Of a DNA stretch of 64,000 nucleotides, positions 9,301 to 18,600 are shown piece by piece. The translations under genes were made by a program, and so were the position numbers. Numbering within the stretch: position 1 is the stretch's first letter; every line of letters starts with the position of its first letter. Source of the DNA: a virus; IMG/VR virus record IMGVR_UViG_3300028821_000038, positions 64,001 through 128,000 of that record; one strand, given 5' to 3'. The notes under the pieces are model-generated. The model made no database searches, had not been told where the DNA came from, and saw only the letters and a program-made list of their open reading frames with translations.

Positions 9301-10671
9301 ATGCCAATGACAGACAAAGAAGTGGTTAAGATGTCATCTGGGGCAATCAAAAATACCGAAACAGTTGCCGCAAAAAATATGAAAGTTGTAAAAGGCGGAC
9401 TCTTTGATGAGAGCATCTTTGGTGGCCCCCAGGGTACAAGATATGGCCACATAAATCTTCCTATGAAGATATTGAATCCTTTATATAAAGAGCAGGTAGC
9501 TGGTTTACTTGGCGTTTCCGCAGGAAAGCTAATAGATGAAGTCAATCATAATGGGTTTGACGATATCGAGAAACGGATATCAAGTATAGATGTAGACAAA
9601 AAACTAAAGCAATTGAAGTATGAGTCTAAAAATACATCTAATCAGCAGCTCATAAATAAAAACATAAAACAAATCAAGTTTCTTGAGAAGATCAAAAATT
9701 CTGGTCACAAGCTGAAAGATGCAGTATTTATCTCAAAAATCCCAGTGATTCCTCCCGTATATCGCCCTATTGCCAAGGGGATGGATGGCTCAGTTACCGT
9801 TAATGATTTAAATATGTTCTACCAAGATATCGGAATGCTCTCTGATGCTATTAAGCACTCTGGGAAAATAAGCGGAGGTACAAAAAAAGAACTATCGAAA
9901 GACCTATATCACACTGTTGGCGCCTTATATGGAGTAGAAGAGACTCCCAATAAGAAGTTGAAAAATAAACAAATTAAAGGGGTTTTGGATATTCTAGGAG
10001 GAGAGACTCCAAAAAAATCATATATCCATAAAACCATGCTCAGGTCTAAGCAGTTTATGAGTGGAAGGGGAGTTATAAAGCCTGCTCGAAACGATATCGC
10101 CCTTGATGAGATAGAAATTCCTGAAAAAATGGGACTCGAGATGTATAGCCCTCATATTCAAAGGAATTTGGCCAGAAGAGGATATTCCCCAATAGAGGCA
10201 AAAGAGTTGATTGAAAATAGAGATCCAAGAGCTATCGAAACTCTTCATGAGATAGGAAAGCATATTCCTGTTGTGTACAACCGTGCTCCTACGCTATGGA
10301 AACACAATATACTAGGGGGGTATCCAAAGTTCATCAAAGGTAGCACAATCGGCATCAATCCTCTAGTCGAAAGAGCCATGAATGCCGATTACGATGGTGA
10401 TACTGTTTCAGTACATGTCCCCTTGACTGATAAGGCGATCCATGATGTAAAAACTAAAATAATGCCAAGTAAAGCATTGTTTACCGAGGAGAAGGGGTAT
10501 CACGATCCAGATGTTTTGTACCTGCCTAACCAAGATGCAACCCTTGGAATATATAAGGCGTCTTTAAAATCCAGAAAACCCGTTAAGAGGGTAAAAAATA
10601 TAGATGAATTGAAACACAAGATTGCATCAGGAGAAATAAACTATAACGATAAGGTGATAGTGACAAGCTAA
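6349..10671 (+). CDS. phage multisubunit-type RNA polymerase: beta fused to N-terminal half of beta'
   Basis: beta motifs FIVDG, HQSHLGFIDPIASPEG, DANR, LALGKN, GDKLSGRQGNKG, QPLKGG/MEV..L.AHGA; beta' motifs GLFDESIFG, GHINL, PVIPPVYRP, SGRGVI, NRAPTL, catalytic NADYDGD. Confidence 0.95.
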   Translation: MSFKKLSRPYKETDEHVKAKLLETLSNMFPIQGNFFTLKATNFAIKKSDPSMTDIKNALIKGSSLMSSVVADVSLINNNTKKVIDKKRMTIMRVPDFTKKGSFIVDGNSYTVPYQQRLKPGVYTMIKRNGQTESMFNLAKGRNFSIKIDESGIFRIKIGTSHVYLYSILHDLGIPDSEIVNYIGKNLLEVNKKHYHSSDSAKFIKQFTYNASSHDIGSIQDALKHTSVDKSVVKNTLGVESPHVDPIMILRAAQKLKNVKFGKEEEDDRENLVYKKIMTPEDIISESFDKLAKDAVNKLKFKLSNPSTENLSDVFRGGSGLLTKPIKTFLTSSKISRLSEEYNPLMMHSVKHLLTPMGEGGVGDTRALNLDTKAVHQSHLGFIDPIASPEGASVGITLSVTDNAYVDEHGNPAIGVINAKTGKREIKKVSDLWDKKLAYPISPEKAKKGGIVVRYKDKDIIAKSKKDVDYIIPKDTDIHSPSLNMVPLVNSSDANRTNMAQKHLQQALSLKEREAPIVSVKSGSDDMAAKLVKDMELLPRAPIDGVVTKIANEYIYIKNGKNLVKVDYVTNMPLARKTYLTHYLKVKVGDRVRKGQILAESNYSKDGKLALGKNLRTAWLSMPGNRNDGIIISETAAKELSSLHMYKEVVDIPHDSVLDRERFRKLFPDIAAKWGIENYDEHGVIKKGTILKFKQPLVLKMARTDAKEIKSKLGKVVHKPYKAVLNIWKHEKDGEVIDVENNGAEIRISVKTESEMKIGDKLSGRQGNKGIVTKILPDDQMPVNTKGEPVHVLMTSAGVISRTNSGSLIEAGLGKVGDKAGKTYTIGHYEKDDNLKFLESEAKKHKVDLYETLINPETGKPFPQKIFVGKPYILKLFKDSESGMSAVGVGATDINEQPLKGGNTSAASISGMEVNGLLAHGAKDFLREAKHIKGQKNDDFFHAFRTGSPLPPPKEHFATEKFKAYLRQININPIADKHTKEFSLMPMTDKEVVKMSSGAIKNTETVAAKNMKVVKGGLFDESIFGGPQGTRYGHINLPMKILNPLYKEQVAGLLGVSAGKLIDEVNHNGFDDIEKRISSIDVDKKLKQLKYESKNTSNQQLINKNIKQIKFLEKIKNSGHKLKDAVFISKIPVIPPVYRPIAKGMDGSVTVNDLNMFYQDIGMLSDAIKHSGKISGGTKKELSKDLYHTVGALYGVEETPNKKLKNKQIKGVLDILGGETPKKSYIHKTMLRSKQFMSGRGVIKPARNDIALDEIEIPEKMGLEMYSPHIQRNLARRGYSPIEAKELIENRDPRAIETLHEIGKHIPVVYNRAPTLWKHNILGGYPKFIKGSTIGINPLVERAMNADYDGDTVSVHVPLTDKAIHDVKTKIMPSKALFTEEKGYHDPDVLYLPNQDATLGIYKASLKSRKPVKRVKNIDELKHKIASGEINYNDKVIVTS

Positions 10672-10715
10672 TACTAAGTGTACTTGGTGTAGTATTTTTA
10701 CAAAAAGGAGGGTTT

Positions 10716-11111
10716 ATGAGTAAAGAAAACAGTTTGTCTGAACTTGAAGAGCTTAATAGAATGGGTATTCCTGTCTCACACGACTTGGAACGTGAAATAA
10801 AAGCATATTTTTCAAAGGCGATTCAGGCAAAAAAAAACTCGCTGGGGGAAAAAGAAAAAAACACAGATCCGTCTACTAAGCTTATAGAGGTAAAGGTTTT
10901 TGGCTTCAAAGATGGAAACCTACAACACAATATGCCATGTCCAGTTTGTATGTCTAAACCAGCTACCTACATAAACGACAATGATTATAGCTACTTTGGG
11001 CCATGCACCAAGTGTTACACTAAAGGCTTTAGGATGGCGACCCCGGCTGAAAACAGAAGAGAAAAGGAAGAGGAGGGGACCTTCAAAAAATGGTGGAGGG
11101 CGTGGGTATGA
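10716..11111 (+). CDS. zinc-finger protein (CxxC...CxxC)
   Basis: CPVC and CTKC; GGAGG RBS. Confidence 0.6.
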   Translation: MSKENSLSELEELNRMGIPVSHDLEREIKAYFSKAIQAKKNSLGEKEKNTDPSTKLIEVKVFGFKDGNLQHNMPCPVCMSKPATYINDNDYSYFGPCTKCYTKGFRMATPAENRREKEEEGTFKKWWRAWV

Positions 11112-11578
11112 GGGCAAGTATCGATAAAAAAACTGGTGACTTAATACTTCCCGAGGCTAAGGTTCAGTCTATTATAATATCTTTCCTAAAAAGATTTAGA
11201 GTGGATTTTAATAGAGTAAACGGAGCACAATTTACTATTGCTGGAAAAAACAAGAGGGGAAACAGCTCAAGTAGAGTTGTTAGATGCAATAGCATAAAAG
11301 GGAAGGCTGATATAGAAATATGGGGGCATGCACAAAAGGACAGCATACAGATACCTATAGTGCTATATATAGAGGTGAAAAAATCAAAAGGTGGTGTTCA
11401 GTCTGCACAGCAAAAAGACTTTGAAAAAATGATAGAGTCTCACGGTGGATACTATGCTGTTGTTCGCAACCTAGATGAGTTGTTAGATTTTTTAGGTGAG
11501 GTGGACAAGGATATCTCCTATAAACTAAGCGGATTCAAGCTTAAAATAGGCAAATACGATATATTTTCCACATCTTGA
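11108..11578 (+). CDS. VRR-NUC domain nuclease
   Basis: E..VQ..I, GKADI, YIEVKKSKGGVQSAQQKDF, GGYYAVVRN. Confidence 0.85.
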   Translation: MRASIDKKTGDLILPEAKVQSIIISFLKRFRVDFNRVNGAQFTIAGKNKRGNSSSRVVRCNSIKGKADIEIWGHAQKDSIQIPIVLYIEVKKSKGGVQSAQQKDFEKMIESHGGYYAVVRNLDELLDFLGEVDKDISYKLSGFKLKIGKYDIFSTS

Positions 11579-11659
11579 ACTACCTTTTAGTAGAGAGGAG
11601 CTCCTCACAAGTGGTACCGCCCCGCCGCAGTGGGCGAATTCAAACAAGAAGGATGAAAA

Positions 11660-11887
11660 ATGGGAAGTGAGTTAAATAAAGATGGTGGTCCTGCTGTAAC
11701 TCTAGGATACTACCTCGAACTTATATATAAAAAAATAGATAGTGGAAGCGATGTTATCATCAGCTCTCTTTCATCAGAAAACCTTATTGCTGGGAGACCT
11801 ATCAGGGTTGACGGAAAAACCGTAACAATATCATCGGAGGGTAGAGAAAAAGTAGTAAAAATATCCGATATTTTAGATATCAATTAA
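11660..11887 (+). CDS. hypothetical protein
   Basis: AAGGA RBS, 75 aa. Confidence 0.55.
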   Translation: MGSELNKDGGPAVTLGYYLELIYKKIDSGSDVIISSLSSENLIAGRPIRVDGKTVTISSEGREKVVKISDILDIN

Positions 11888-11890
11888 TAC

Positions 11891-12193
11891 CTACTTCCCA
11901 TCCCAGATGGGGAATACATAATCTATGACCCGTATCAACTCCCCGTCCTTTGTCCAGTTTTGCTCTTCTCTTACTATCTCCATATCGCCACCAGACTTCA
12001 GTACCTGATTTATAAATTCGGAATATTTCAGCGCCGTTGCATCGTTTATAATGATAAACACCTTGGTTGCAAATTCTTTTTTGGGTGTCTTTTTTTCAAT
12101 CTCTTTTTCAACAGTGGTAACATCCGCTGTGGGCATTCTAAGGGAGGCCGCAATACCCCTCGCCTGCTGTTCAATAATCTCATGCAATTCCAT
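11891..12193 (-). CDS. hypothetical protein
   Basis: AAGGA RBS on minus strand, 100 aa. Confidence 0.6.
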   Translation of the reverse strand: MELHEIIEQQARGIAASLRMPTADVTTVEKEIEKKTPKKEFATKVFIIINDATALKYSEFINQVLKSGGDMEIVREEQNWTKDGELIRVIDYVFPIWDGK

Positions 12194-12197
12194 CTCA

Positions 12198-12467
12198 TTA
12201 ATCCTTATCTACAATGTCATATTTTGTAAGTGTAACATTTTGAAGCTTGTTTAATATTGATGCAGATATGGATACATGATCCTTTAGAGTGTGATTCTCT
12301 GCAATAGGACCAGCCTCTATTTGCCTCATAGCATATGCTTTTATCGCCTTTACCGGCGCAGATGTGTCTTTTGTGGAATTGATTAGGTCCGTAATAAAAT
12401 TGTACTCAATCCTAGAAAACACACTACTCATGATAGCTTTTTCTATCTTCTTATCGAGCAGAACCAT
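12198..12467 (-). CDS. hypothetical protein
   Basis: AAAAGGA RBS, 89 aa. Confidence 0.6.
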   Translation of the reverse strand: MVLLDKKIEKAIMSSVFSRIEYNFITDLINSTKDTSAPVKAIKAYAMRQIEAGPIAENHTLKDHVSISASILNKLQNVTLTKYDIVDKD

Positions 12468-12481
12468 GCAAGTCCTTTTTT

Positions 12482-12490
12482 TGATATAAT
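12482..12490 (+). promoter_or_regulatory. extended -10 sigma70-type promoter
   Basis: TGATATAAT upstream of HU and Gly-rich gene cluster. Confidence 0.55.
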
Positions 12491-12531
12491 AATATCAGCT
12501 TAGGCTTTCGAAATCAAAGATAGGAAGAATA

Positions 12532-12807
12532 TTGAAACTGACTCATAGAGAACTCGTAAAAAAAGTAGCACAAAATGCAAGACTAGAGGTCGAAATAGTA
12601 AGCAAGGTACTTAAAGCTCTTCATTTTGCGATTACTGATGCTATAGAGAAGGAAGGGGATGTTGTATATATCCAAAATATCGGCTCCTTTACACTCAAGA
12701 AGCGTAAAGGTAAATACGATATTCTATCTGGAGAGCCAAGAATAACTGAGGATAAGATGTACATATCCTTTAAACCATCAAGAGGACTGAAGATATGGAA
12801 GGTTTAG
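12532..12807 (+). CDS. hup: HU/IHF family DNA-binding protein
   Basis: ELVKKVA...ITDAI...VYIQNIGSF...SGEP...FKPSRGLK; TTG start. Confidence 0.85.
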   Translation: MKLTHRELVKKVAQNARLEVEIVSKVLKALHFAITDAIEKEGDVVYIQNIGSFTLKKRKGKYDILSGEPRITEDKMYISFKPSRGLKIWKV

Positions 12808-12986
12808 CAGCATTAGAAAAAAGAGCATTTATCGGAAGGGCGCTGAAGATGTTTAATCCATTTTCACAAAGGGTTCCTATTGGCAAAATCCCATCCAAGA
12901 TGGGTACTGGAATTGCGTTTACTCTTCCTTTTGGGACGGGTTCTTCTAGTATAAAAAATTTCCAAAGGAATAAATATGTCTGGTAA
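12795..12986 (+). CDS. small basic protein with LEKRA motif (putative virion internal protein)
   Basis: MEGLAALEKRAF start; overlaps HU stop. Confidence 0.5.
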   Translation: MEGLAALEKRAFIGRALKMFNPFSQRVPIGKIPSKMGTGIAFTLPFGTGSSSIKNFQRNKYVW

Positions 12987-13131
12987 AGCTTTTTCAATAT
13001 TTGGTAGAACTAAACCATGGGGCGCTTTGAAGATTCCGTCTATTAACGGTATTGCAAAAAAACCCCCTACGCAGTCACTTGCTACCAAATATCCAAATAC
13101 AGTAAAATCTACTACACAGATTATAAGATAA
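12976..13131 (+). CDS. small basic protein (51 aa, not in ORF track)
   Basis: AAAGGA RBS, MSGKAFSIFGRTKPWG...IIR; fills gap between genes. Confidence 0.5.
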   Translation: MSGKAFSIFGRTKPWGALKIPSINGIAKKPPTQSLATKYPNTVKSTTQIIR

Positions 13132-13141
13132 AGGATTAGAT

Positions 13142-13708
13142 ATGATTAAGAAAGGTGGCTTATCCACAATTGAGAAGACGACGCCAAAACTAACTAGAAG
13201 CATTGCTAATGATATTATGCTGGGTGCGGCTGGTATAGCCGCTGGGGCGCTAGGTGTAAAAACCGTAGATGCTCTAACTGGAATGGCAAAAAATGTATAC
13301 GATTCTTCTCAATATAGTTCCACAATACGCTATGCTAAGAAAAAACATCCTGAATTAAAGCAGGTTCCAGAAGAACAGCTTACTGCATGGCTTGATGCAT
13401 ATCACACACTATCTCCCAGGCTTGCCAGCAATAAAGAGCTTGCTTCCAGCATGCTTGTAACCACCCATAATTATGGTGGAAATATTGATTTAGCAACAGC
13501 TAAACTGATTGCAGATGCTGGTGATAAGGCTAATAGACAGAGCAATAACAGTAATGAAATTGTGCAAATAATAGGAGCTGGAAGCAATTTTGCAAAAAAT
13601 ACAATAGATACAGCAAATGGTCTAGGTTCGCTAAGTCGTAGAGGTATTCCACGCAGCCATACAGGTGATATAGTAGGTGGTTCCAGCACCATAGAAAATA
13701 GCAATTAG
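13142..13708 (+). CDS. Gly/Ala-rich putative virion protein
   Basis: AAGGA RBS; hydrophobic GAAGIAAGALG segment. Confidence 0.55.
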   Translation: MIKKGGLSTIEKTTPKLTRSIANDIMLGAAGIAAGALGVKTVDALTGMAKNVYDSSQYSSTIRYAKKKHPELKQVPEEQLTAWLDAYHTLSPRLASNKELASSMLVTTHNYGGNIDLATAKLIADAGDKANRQSNNSNEIVQIIGAGSNFAKNTIDTANGLGSLSRRGIPRSHTGDIVGGSSTIENSN

Positions 13709-13716
13709 GAATTGTA

Positions 13717-15021
13717 ATGGAAAATTCACAATCTATTGAATATGAGCTCGTAAAAGAGAAGGCAAAAAGAGATGCCTCATATGAATATGGCAAAGGGAGT
13801 GTTGAACCTATTGCCAAGGGCGCATTTAGTGGTGCATTATCTTCTGGGATAGCATCTAGGATTTTCAAACCTAAAAGTAGATGGGGAGAGCTGGCTCTTA
13901 TTGCAGGGGGAACCCTTGCGGGTGCATTTGGAGGAAATGCGTGGAATAATTATAAATTGAAAAAAGCTCAAGAAGGAAGAGAGTGGCTCAAGAAGCATCC
14001 AGCCCCTCCTGGTAATATGGGTTCTTCTGGCATGATGGTTAAAACTTCTAGTCGCAGCGAACAGTTTCGTGTGAACTCGGAAGAAACACCCAGCAGGAAA
14101 ATAGGACTCAAAGATGTTGGTTTTGATACTGCGGTTGGTGGTGGTATTGGTGCTACTCTTTATGGGCTTGGCAGTGCAATAAAATCAAGAGGGAAAGTAT
14201 TTTCTAAAGTAGGAAGAGGCTCTCTGGGGCGGGCTGCGCTCAAGGGGGGATTGATATTTGGTGCCACATCTCCAACAGCAGATATCGCCGCAAAGCTATA
14301 TGGTAAAGCTGGTGGAGATGACAAGGATCATGCAGCTTTATTTGCTGCATATGGTGCTGGTACTGGAGTTGCTGAACCAATAGCTACTAGACTGGCTGGG
14401 AGATATGCAACAAGCCAAGATACTGCAAAAAAATTAGAGGAAACAGTGTCTAAGGCTAGTCCATTTACTGATGCAAATGAAGCTAGAAATTTACTGTATG
14501 GATATAAATCAAAAACAAAAGGTAGTGAATTTTTTAAGCATATTAGAGCCGCAACGAAAAAATCAATTGTGCGGAATGCATTAGGAGGGCTTGCCCTAGG
14601 ATATATGGTAGATAAGCTTAGTAAGCGCCATAAAAAAAAACTAAAAAAAACAGCTAGTGTTATCATATCTGTCGATGAGGCAATTAAAGCCAAGGAATAT
14701 GAGGCAAGAAAAATCTTAGAGGATAGCTCACTTGGTAAGGATTTGGCAATTACCGGGGGAGCCTTGCTTGGTGGTTATGGGGCGGGGAAGCTCGCCGGAT
14801 ATAAACACGCCAGCAAACTTGGTGCTGCTATTGTTGGCGGTTATGGCGCCTTTAAGGCGTTAGAGCATGCCATAGCTAGAGAGAGAGCAAAAAGGTTTTT
14901 GAAGTTGCCATATCATGGTAAAGTTTATGAGGTAAAAAAAGAACACGATGAGCAACAATTTCCTGTTGATAAGATTTTAGCAACTTACACAGGAATGAAA
15001 CTTATAGACAAAGGGGCATAA
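13717..15021 (+). CDS. multi-module glycine-zipper protein with internal MVKTS and LKKTA motifs
   Basis: Repeated GxxxG hydrophobic helices; basic composition. Confidence 0.6.
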   Translation: MENSQSIEYELVKEKAKRDASYEYGKGSVEPIAKGAFSGALSSGIASRIFKPKSRWGELALIAGGTLAGAFGGNAWNNYKLKKAQEGREWLKKHPAPPGNMGSSGMMVKTSSRSEQFRVNSEETPSRKIGLKDVGFDTAVGGGIGATLYGLGSAIKSRGKVFSKVGRGSLGRAALKGGLIFGATSPTADIAAKLYGKAGGDDKDHAALFAAYGAGTGVAEPIATRLAGRYATSQDTAKKLEETVSKASPFTDANEARNLLYGYKSKTKGSEFFKHIRAATKKSIVRNALGGLALGYMVDKLSKRHKKKLKKTASVIISVDEAIKAKEYEARKILEDSSLGKDLAITGGALLGGYGAGKLAGYKHASKLGAAIVGGYGAFKALEHAIARERAKRFLKLPYHGKVYEVKKEHDEQQFPVDKILATYTGMKLIDKGA

Positions 15022-15027
15022 CCCCTC
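15012..15027. terminator. hairpin between convergent transcription units
   Basis: AGGGGcataaCCCCT stem, T-run on minus strand. Confidence 0.45.
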
Positions 15028-15044
15028 TGTCAGCTTGGTGAGCG

Positions 15045-15206
15045 TTATTTGTTTTGACCTCTTCCGCAAATAGGGAGCGTTGTGATTATCCGTATCATTA
15101 CTCCAGCAATATAACTGGCCGCTAGAAACGGGATAGTGTTCTGAGCGTCACGACAGGAGTCATTTCTTCTTCCCCTCTTCGCAGGGTTGTGTAGATCTTT
15201 GCTCAT
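15045..15206 (-). CDS. 53-aa small protein in its own antisense transcription unit
   Basis: AAAAGGA RBS then MSKDLHNPAK...RGQNK; motif promoter at 15259-15273. Confidence 0.4.
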   Translation of the reverse strand: MSKDLHNPAKRGRRNDSCRDAQNTIPFLAASYIAGVMIRIITTLPICGRGQNK

Positions 15207-15258
15207 ATGAGTCCTTTTTGGGAAATTTGGGGTTTTCAAGCCCCCTTCCTTTCGCTCA

Positions 15259-15273
15259 CCATATATATATACC
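15259..15273 (-). promoter_or_regulatory. GGTATATATATATGG motif copy 2
   Basis: Exact 15-mer. Confidence 0.65.
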
Positions 15274-15299
15274 AATTTATTATATTAGTAGTGCACATC

Positions 15300-15308
15300 T
15301 GCTATAAT
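15300..15308 (+). promoter_or_regulatory. extended -10 sigma70-type promoter
   Basis: TGCTATAAT 30 nt before ORF 15338. Confidence 0.55.
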
Positions 15309-15337
15309 ACGAAAACATTGATATATAAAGGGATAGT

Positions 15338-15610
15338 ATGGCGAAGCGATCCGACAAAACAAACAAGTGTCAAATGTGCGGGGGGAAGGTAAAGAAAGAT
15401 GAGATTTTTTGCTGTGAAGAGTGTGAAAAAATGTTTGGGGCATATATGGATATCTCCATATCAAGCCTCTTTGTGGAGAAGGCCGTAAAAAGAACTAGTG
15501 CCGAAGAGTTGGTCCAGGTTTTTCGGGATTATGCTATCCAAAAAGGATACGACCTCTCCTTGTTTTCTAAGAAATTAATGAATCAATACAGGATTTTGGT
15601 GGTATTTTAA
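15338..15610 (+). CDS. Zn-ribbon protein (DUF2116-like N-terminus)
   Basis: CQMCGG...FCCEEC. Confidence 0.6.
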   Translation: MAKRSDKTNKCQMCGGKVKKDEIFCCEECEKMFGAYMDISISSLFVEKAVKRTSAEELVQVFRDYAIQKGYDLSLFSKKLMNQYRILVVF

Positions 15611-18600
15611 TGCATTTTCTTATAGAGAGACCCGCTTACCCTAATGAAACACTAGACTACTATAACTACAATCTGCCCTTTTTTACTTTAGGTAAAAATC
15701 AAGATATATTAGATAAATATATTGATAAAATCGTTGATTTTTCCAATTCTCTTGAAATTTTCACAGAAAAAGATAAGATTTTCATATATTCTGATGGTGT
15801 TTCCAATAGGTTTTTTATTGACAAGATTGCCGATATTGTCAATATTACGGGGGAAATGACTCTTTATGCATCGTCTGTTTTTAAAAAATCAATAGTTTTC
15901 GACAATATAACCGACAACTCTATTCTGAATATGGAGGAGTTGGAGTATTACATGTCTCGAAATGGGTTTCTACCAAGATATTTTGATTTTGATAGTTTTA
16001 CCCAGAAAGCTAAATATCCATTCTCTAATCTATTGTCTGTCAGAAACATAGAACAGGTGCTTATCAGTAGAGACATACTGGAGCCGACATTAGTGTCACC
16101 AGTAACTGATACTCCAAATGATAGACCATATGATATAGTAAATATTGATTTTGCAAATACATTTCTTATACCCAAGCAATATCAAACAGATATAGTCAAA
16201 GTAGAACATGATAATATAAATAGGATAGAGATAGACACTGGCTTTATATATAGCGCGGTATTCGTAGAAGATTATGAGCCTACCGAAGGAAGGCAATTAA
16301 TTCCAAAGAGATACTGCACTACACATGGATATACTGTTTCTCCTGTTATTTCAGAAGAGACTTATATAAACGAGCCGCTACTATCGAGAACCCCGATAAA
16401 TAAAGAATCTCTTGTTGATATATCAAGTAGATACATTAGTACTACTGACAAGCATGCAAAATACTTCTCGGTAAACAGAACTAACAACATAGAGATACCC
16501 GAAGATTTTGTGATAAGCTACAATGAGGCAAAGAGCATCATAGATAAAAAGTTTAAAGATATTCTGAGCCCAAGAGTGGAAGATTTACAAACATTCAAGA
16601 AGTACCTTGCATCTATGTGTGATTTGGATAATATGTATCTGGATCATACATACTCTGTTCCTGGGGGAATGGTATATTTGGGATTTGACTGCACAAGGAT
16701 GGATTCCTTACTAAATTATGAATCGCTTATTGAGATATTGCATACTCCAGGCAAATTCTTGGATACTGATTGTCACACAAAGAGAGCCTCTTTATATTTT
16801 AGCTTCGAAGACAAGAAGGATATTGATAAGTTTGCATCTATTGCTCAAACACTAAGCGCACCAATAGATATTGGGGAGGACAGGATTGGACAGGTATACC
16901 AGCAACTAAAAAAGGTTGTGAAGAAGATTTGTATCATGTCGCCAGATATTATTTTTGGAGATGATATTCCAGAGCATCCATCTATTCGCCCGACATTGAT
17001 AAATATTCCCCCAATGGGGAATTATAACAACATCACACCATACATAAGAACATTCATAAATGTGCCGTACTATAAAAAGCCCCCTTTTGTTGCAATATTT
17101 TCCCCTCCAATCATTGGAAGCGTTATTGTGGGATATCCTATGTCCCAAATATCAGTTCCGAGATACCAAAAGGCTTATTTCCCTGTCTCCACAGGTAAAC
17201 CTATCATACCCACTACAATAGCCCCATTTTCTCCATTTTTGATGTTTATAGGTGGTATTCCATCGTTTGACGACTCAATAACCGTAAATTATTTCATTAG
17301 AAAGGACGGTGAAGTTATCAGTGGAAATGCGCTGAGTCAAACTATGGATGATAACTGTCTTAAGTTCGTAGTCAACATATACCGGACTGTAAATATGATG
17401 GATGTGGCAGCAATACACTCCAAGCTTGATATTCAGAAGTTCTTCTGGGATTCTCCCAAAAAGAATAGAGTCCTTACTCGCCCTCAAATGGCGGCACTTT
17501 TCCTTGGAGATGTTATGTGTGAACTGGGGAACAGAATCGATGTTCCAATGAATGTAGATTTTTCAGATGGGTTCTTTTTTGATGATGGAGGAGCATCCAC
17601 TTTAGAGGAAAGTCAACCCTCTAATAGTATTTCGTGCCTATCTGAAGAGGATACTGAGTCGGATGCAATCTATGCCCCCAGTGTAGTGGCCAAGAAAATA
17701 GGATGGAGGATAGGTAAATACAATGTGATGTGGGATGGTAATGACTACGGAGAGCAAGTGCTTACTGAGACTGAGGTGCTACAAGGAAACCCTGCGCCAA
17801 ATATATCCTTGGAAGCTTGGTCTGTTTTTAGGGACGACGATTACATTCAGAAAGTGTCTGAAGTTGTAGATGCTATAATAGACAACATTGAAGAATACTT
17901 TAGGGTTAGGAAGGTAGAGAATGTTACTGTCTCAGACCAGATAGTAGCAGACTTCAACAATATAGAGCCAAATCTGTCGTGTGTCATGCTGGAATATATA
18001 GACCTATCCCACACCAATCTAGAATATCAAAATAAAACAAGGGGAGATCCGCTTGGAATATTTGAGACAGATATGGAATTGCCGTGCACCAGTGTTTCTG
18101 AGATAGTAGATGGTTTCAGCCTTGTTGTTCTGAATCCCAGCCAAAGCGTAGGGGGCAATCCAGAAGAATACAAAAAGAACCCGCCCCTTATTAAGTCAGG
18201 TGGCAATAAGATTAGAATATGGAAACCATATATAGATGTTGGGACCAAATCTTATTCAGGGTTACCGGTTATTATGGTTGGTGACAATAATGAGGGGGCT
18301 ATCTCAACTTATAACGAGGTTGTCTTTATACATGAGCCGTCAGACATATCAACCGCTTTCAAATATACAGCATCAGGCGTAACAGTGAGCGTTGTTACAA
18401 AAGAGGTTGATGGTAGCACCTACCATGCCCTAAAAGCCTCCATTGGAGATAGTGATAGATATGTTTTATTCAAGAAGGTAGGAGAAGGGGAGGCACCCCA
18501 AGAGGCAGACGACAAGATACTTTGCGATGGCTTCAATGATTGGGCTGCTCCCGTAGGTATAAATGGTGGTAGTGGCACAATAAATGCTTCTATTTCCAAT

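Noticed and set aside
6349-10671. Host rpoBC fusion, i.e. bacterial chromosome
   Set aside because: About half the expected length, highly diverged, no ribosomal-protein neighbours, surrounded by phage genes
15036-15261. tRNA or tmRNA
   Set aside because: Acceptor-like stem only; no T-arm GTTC motif, D-arm or tag-reading-frame features seen
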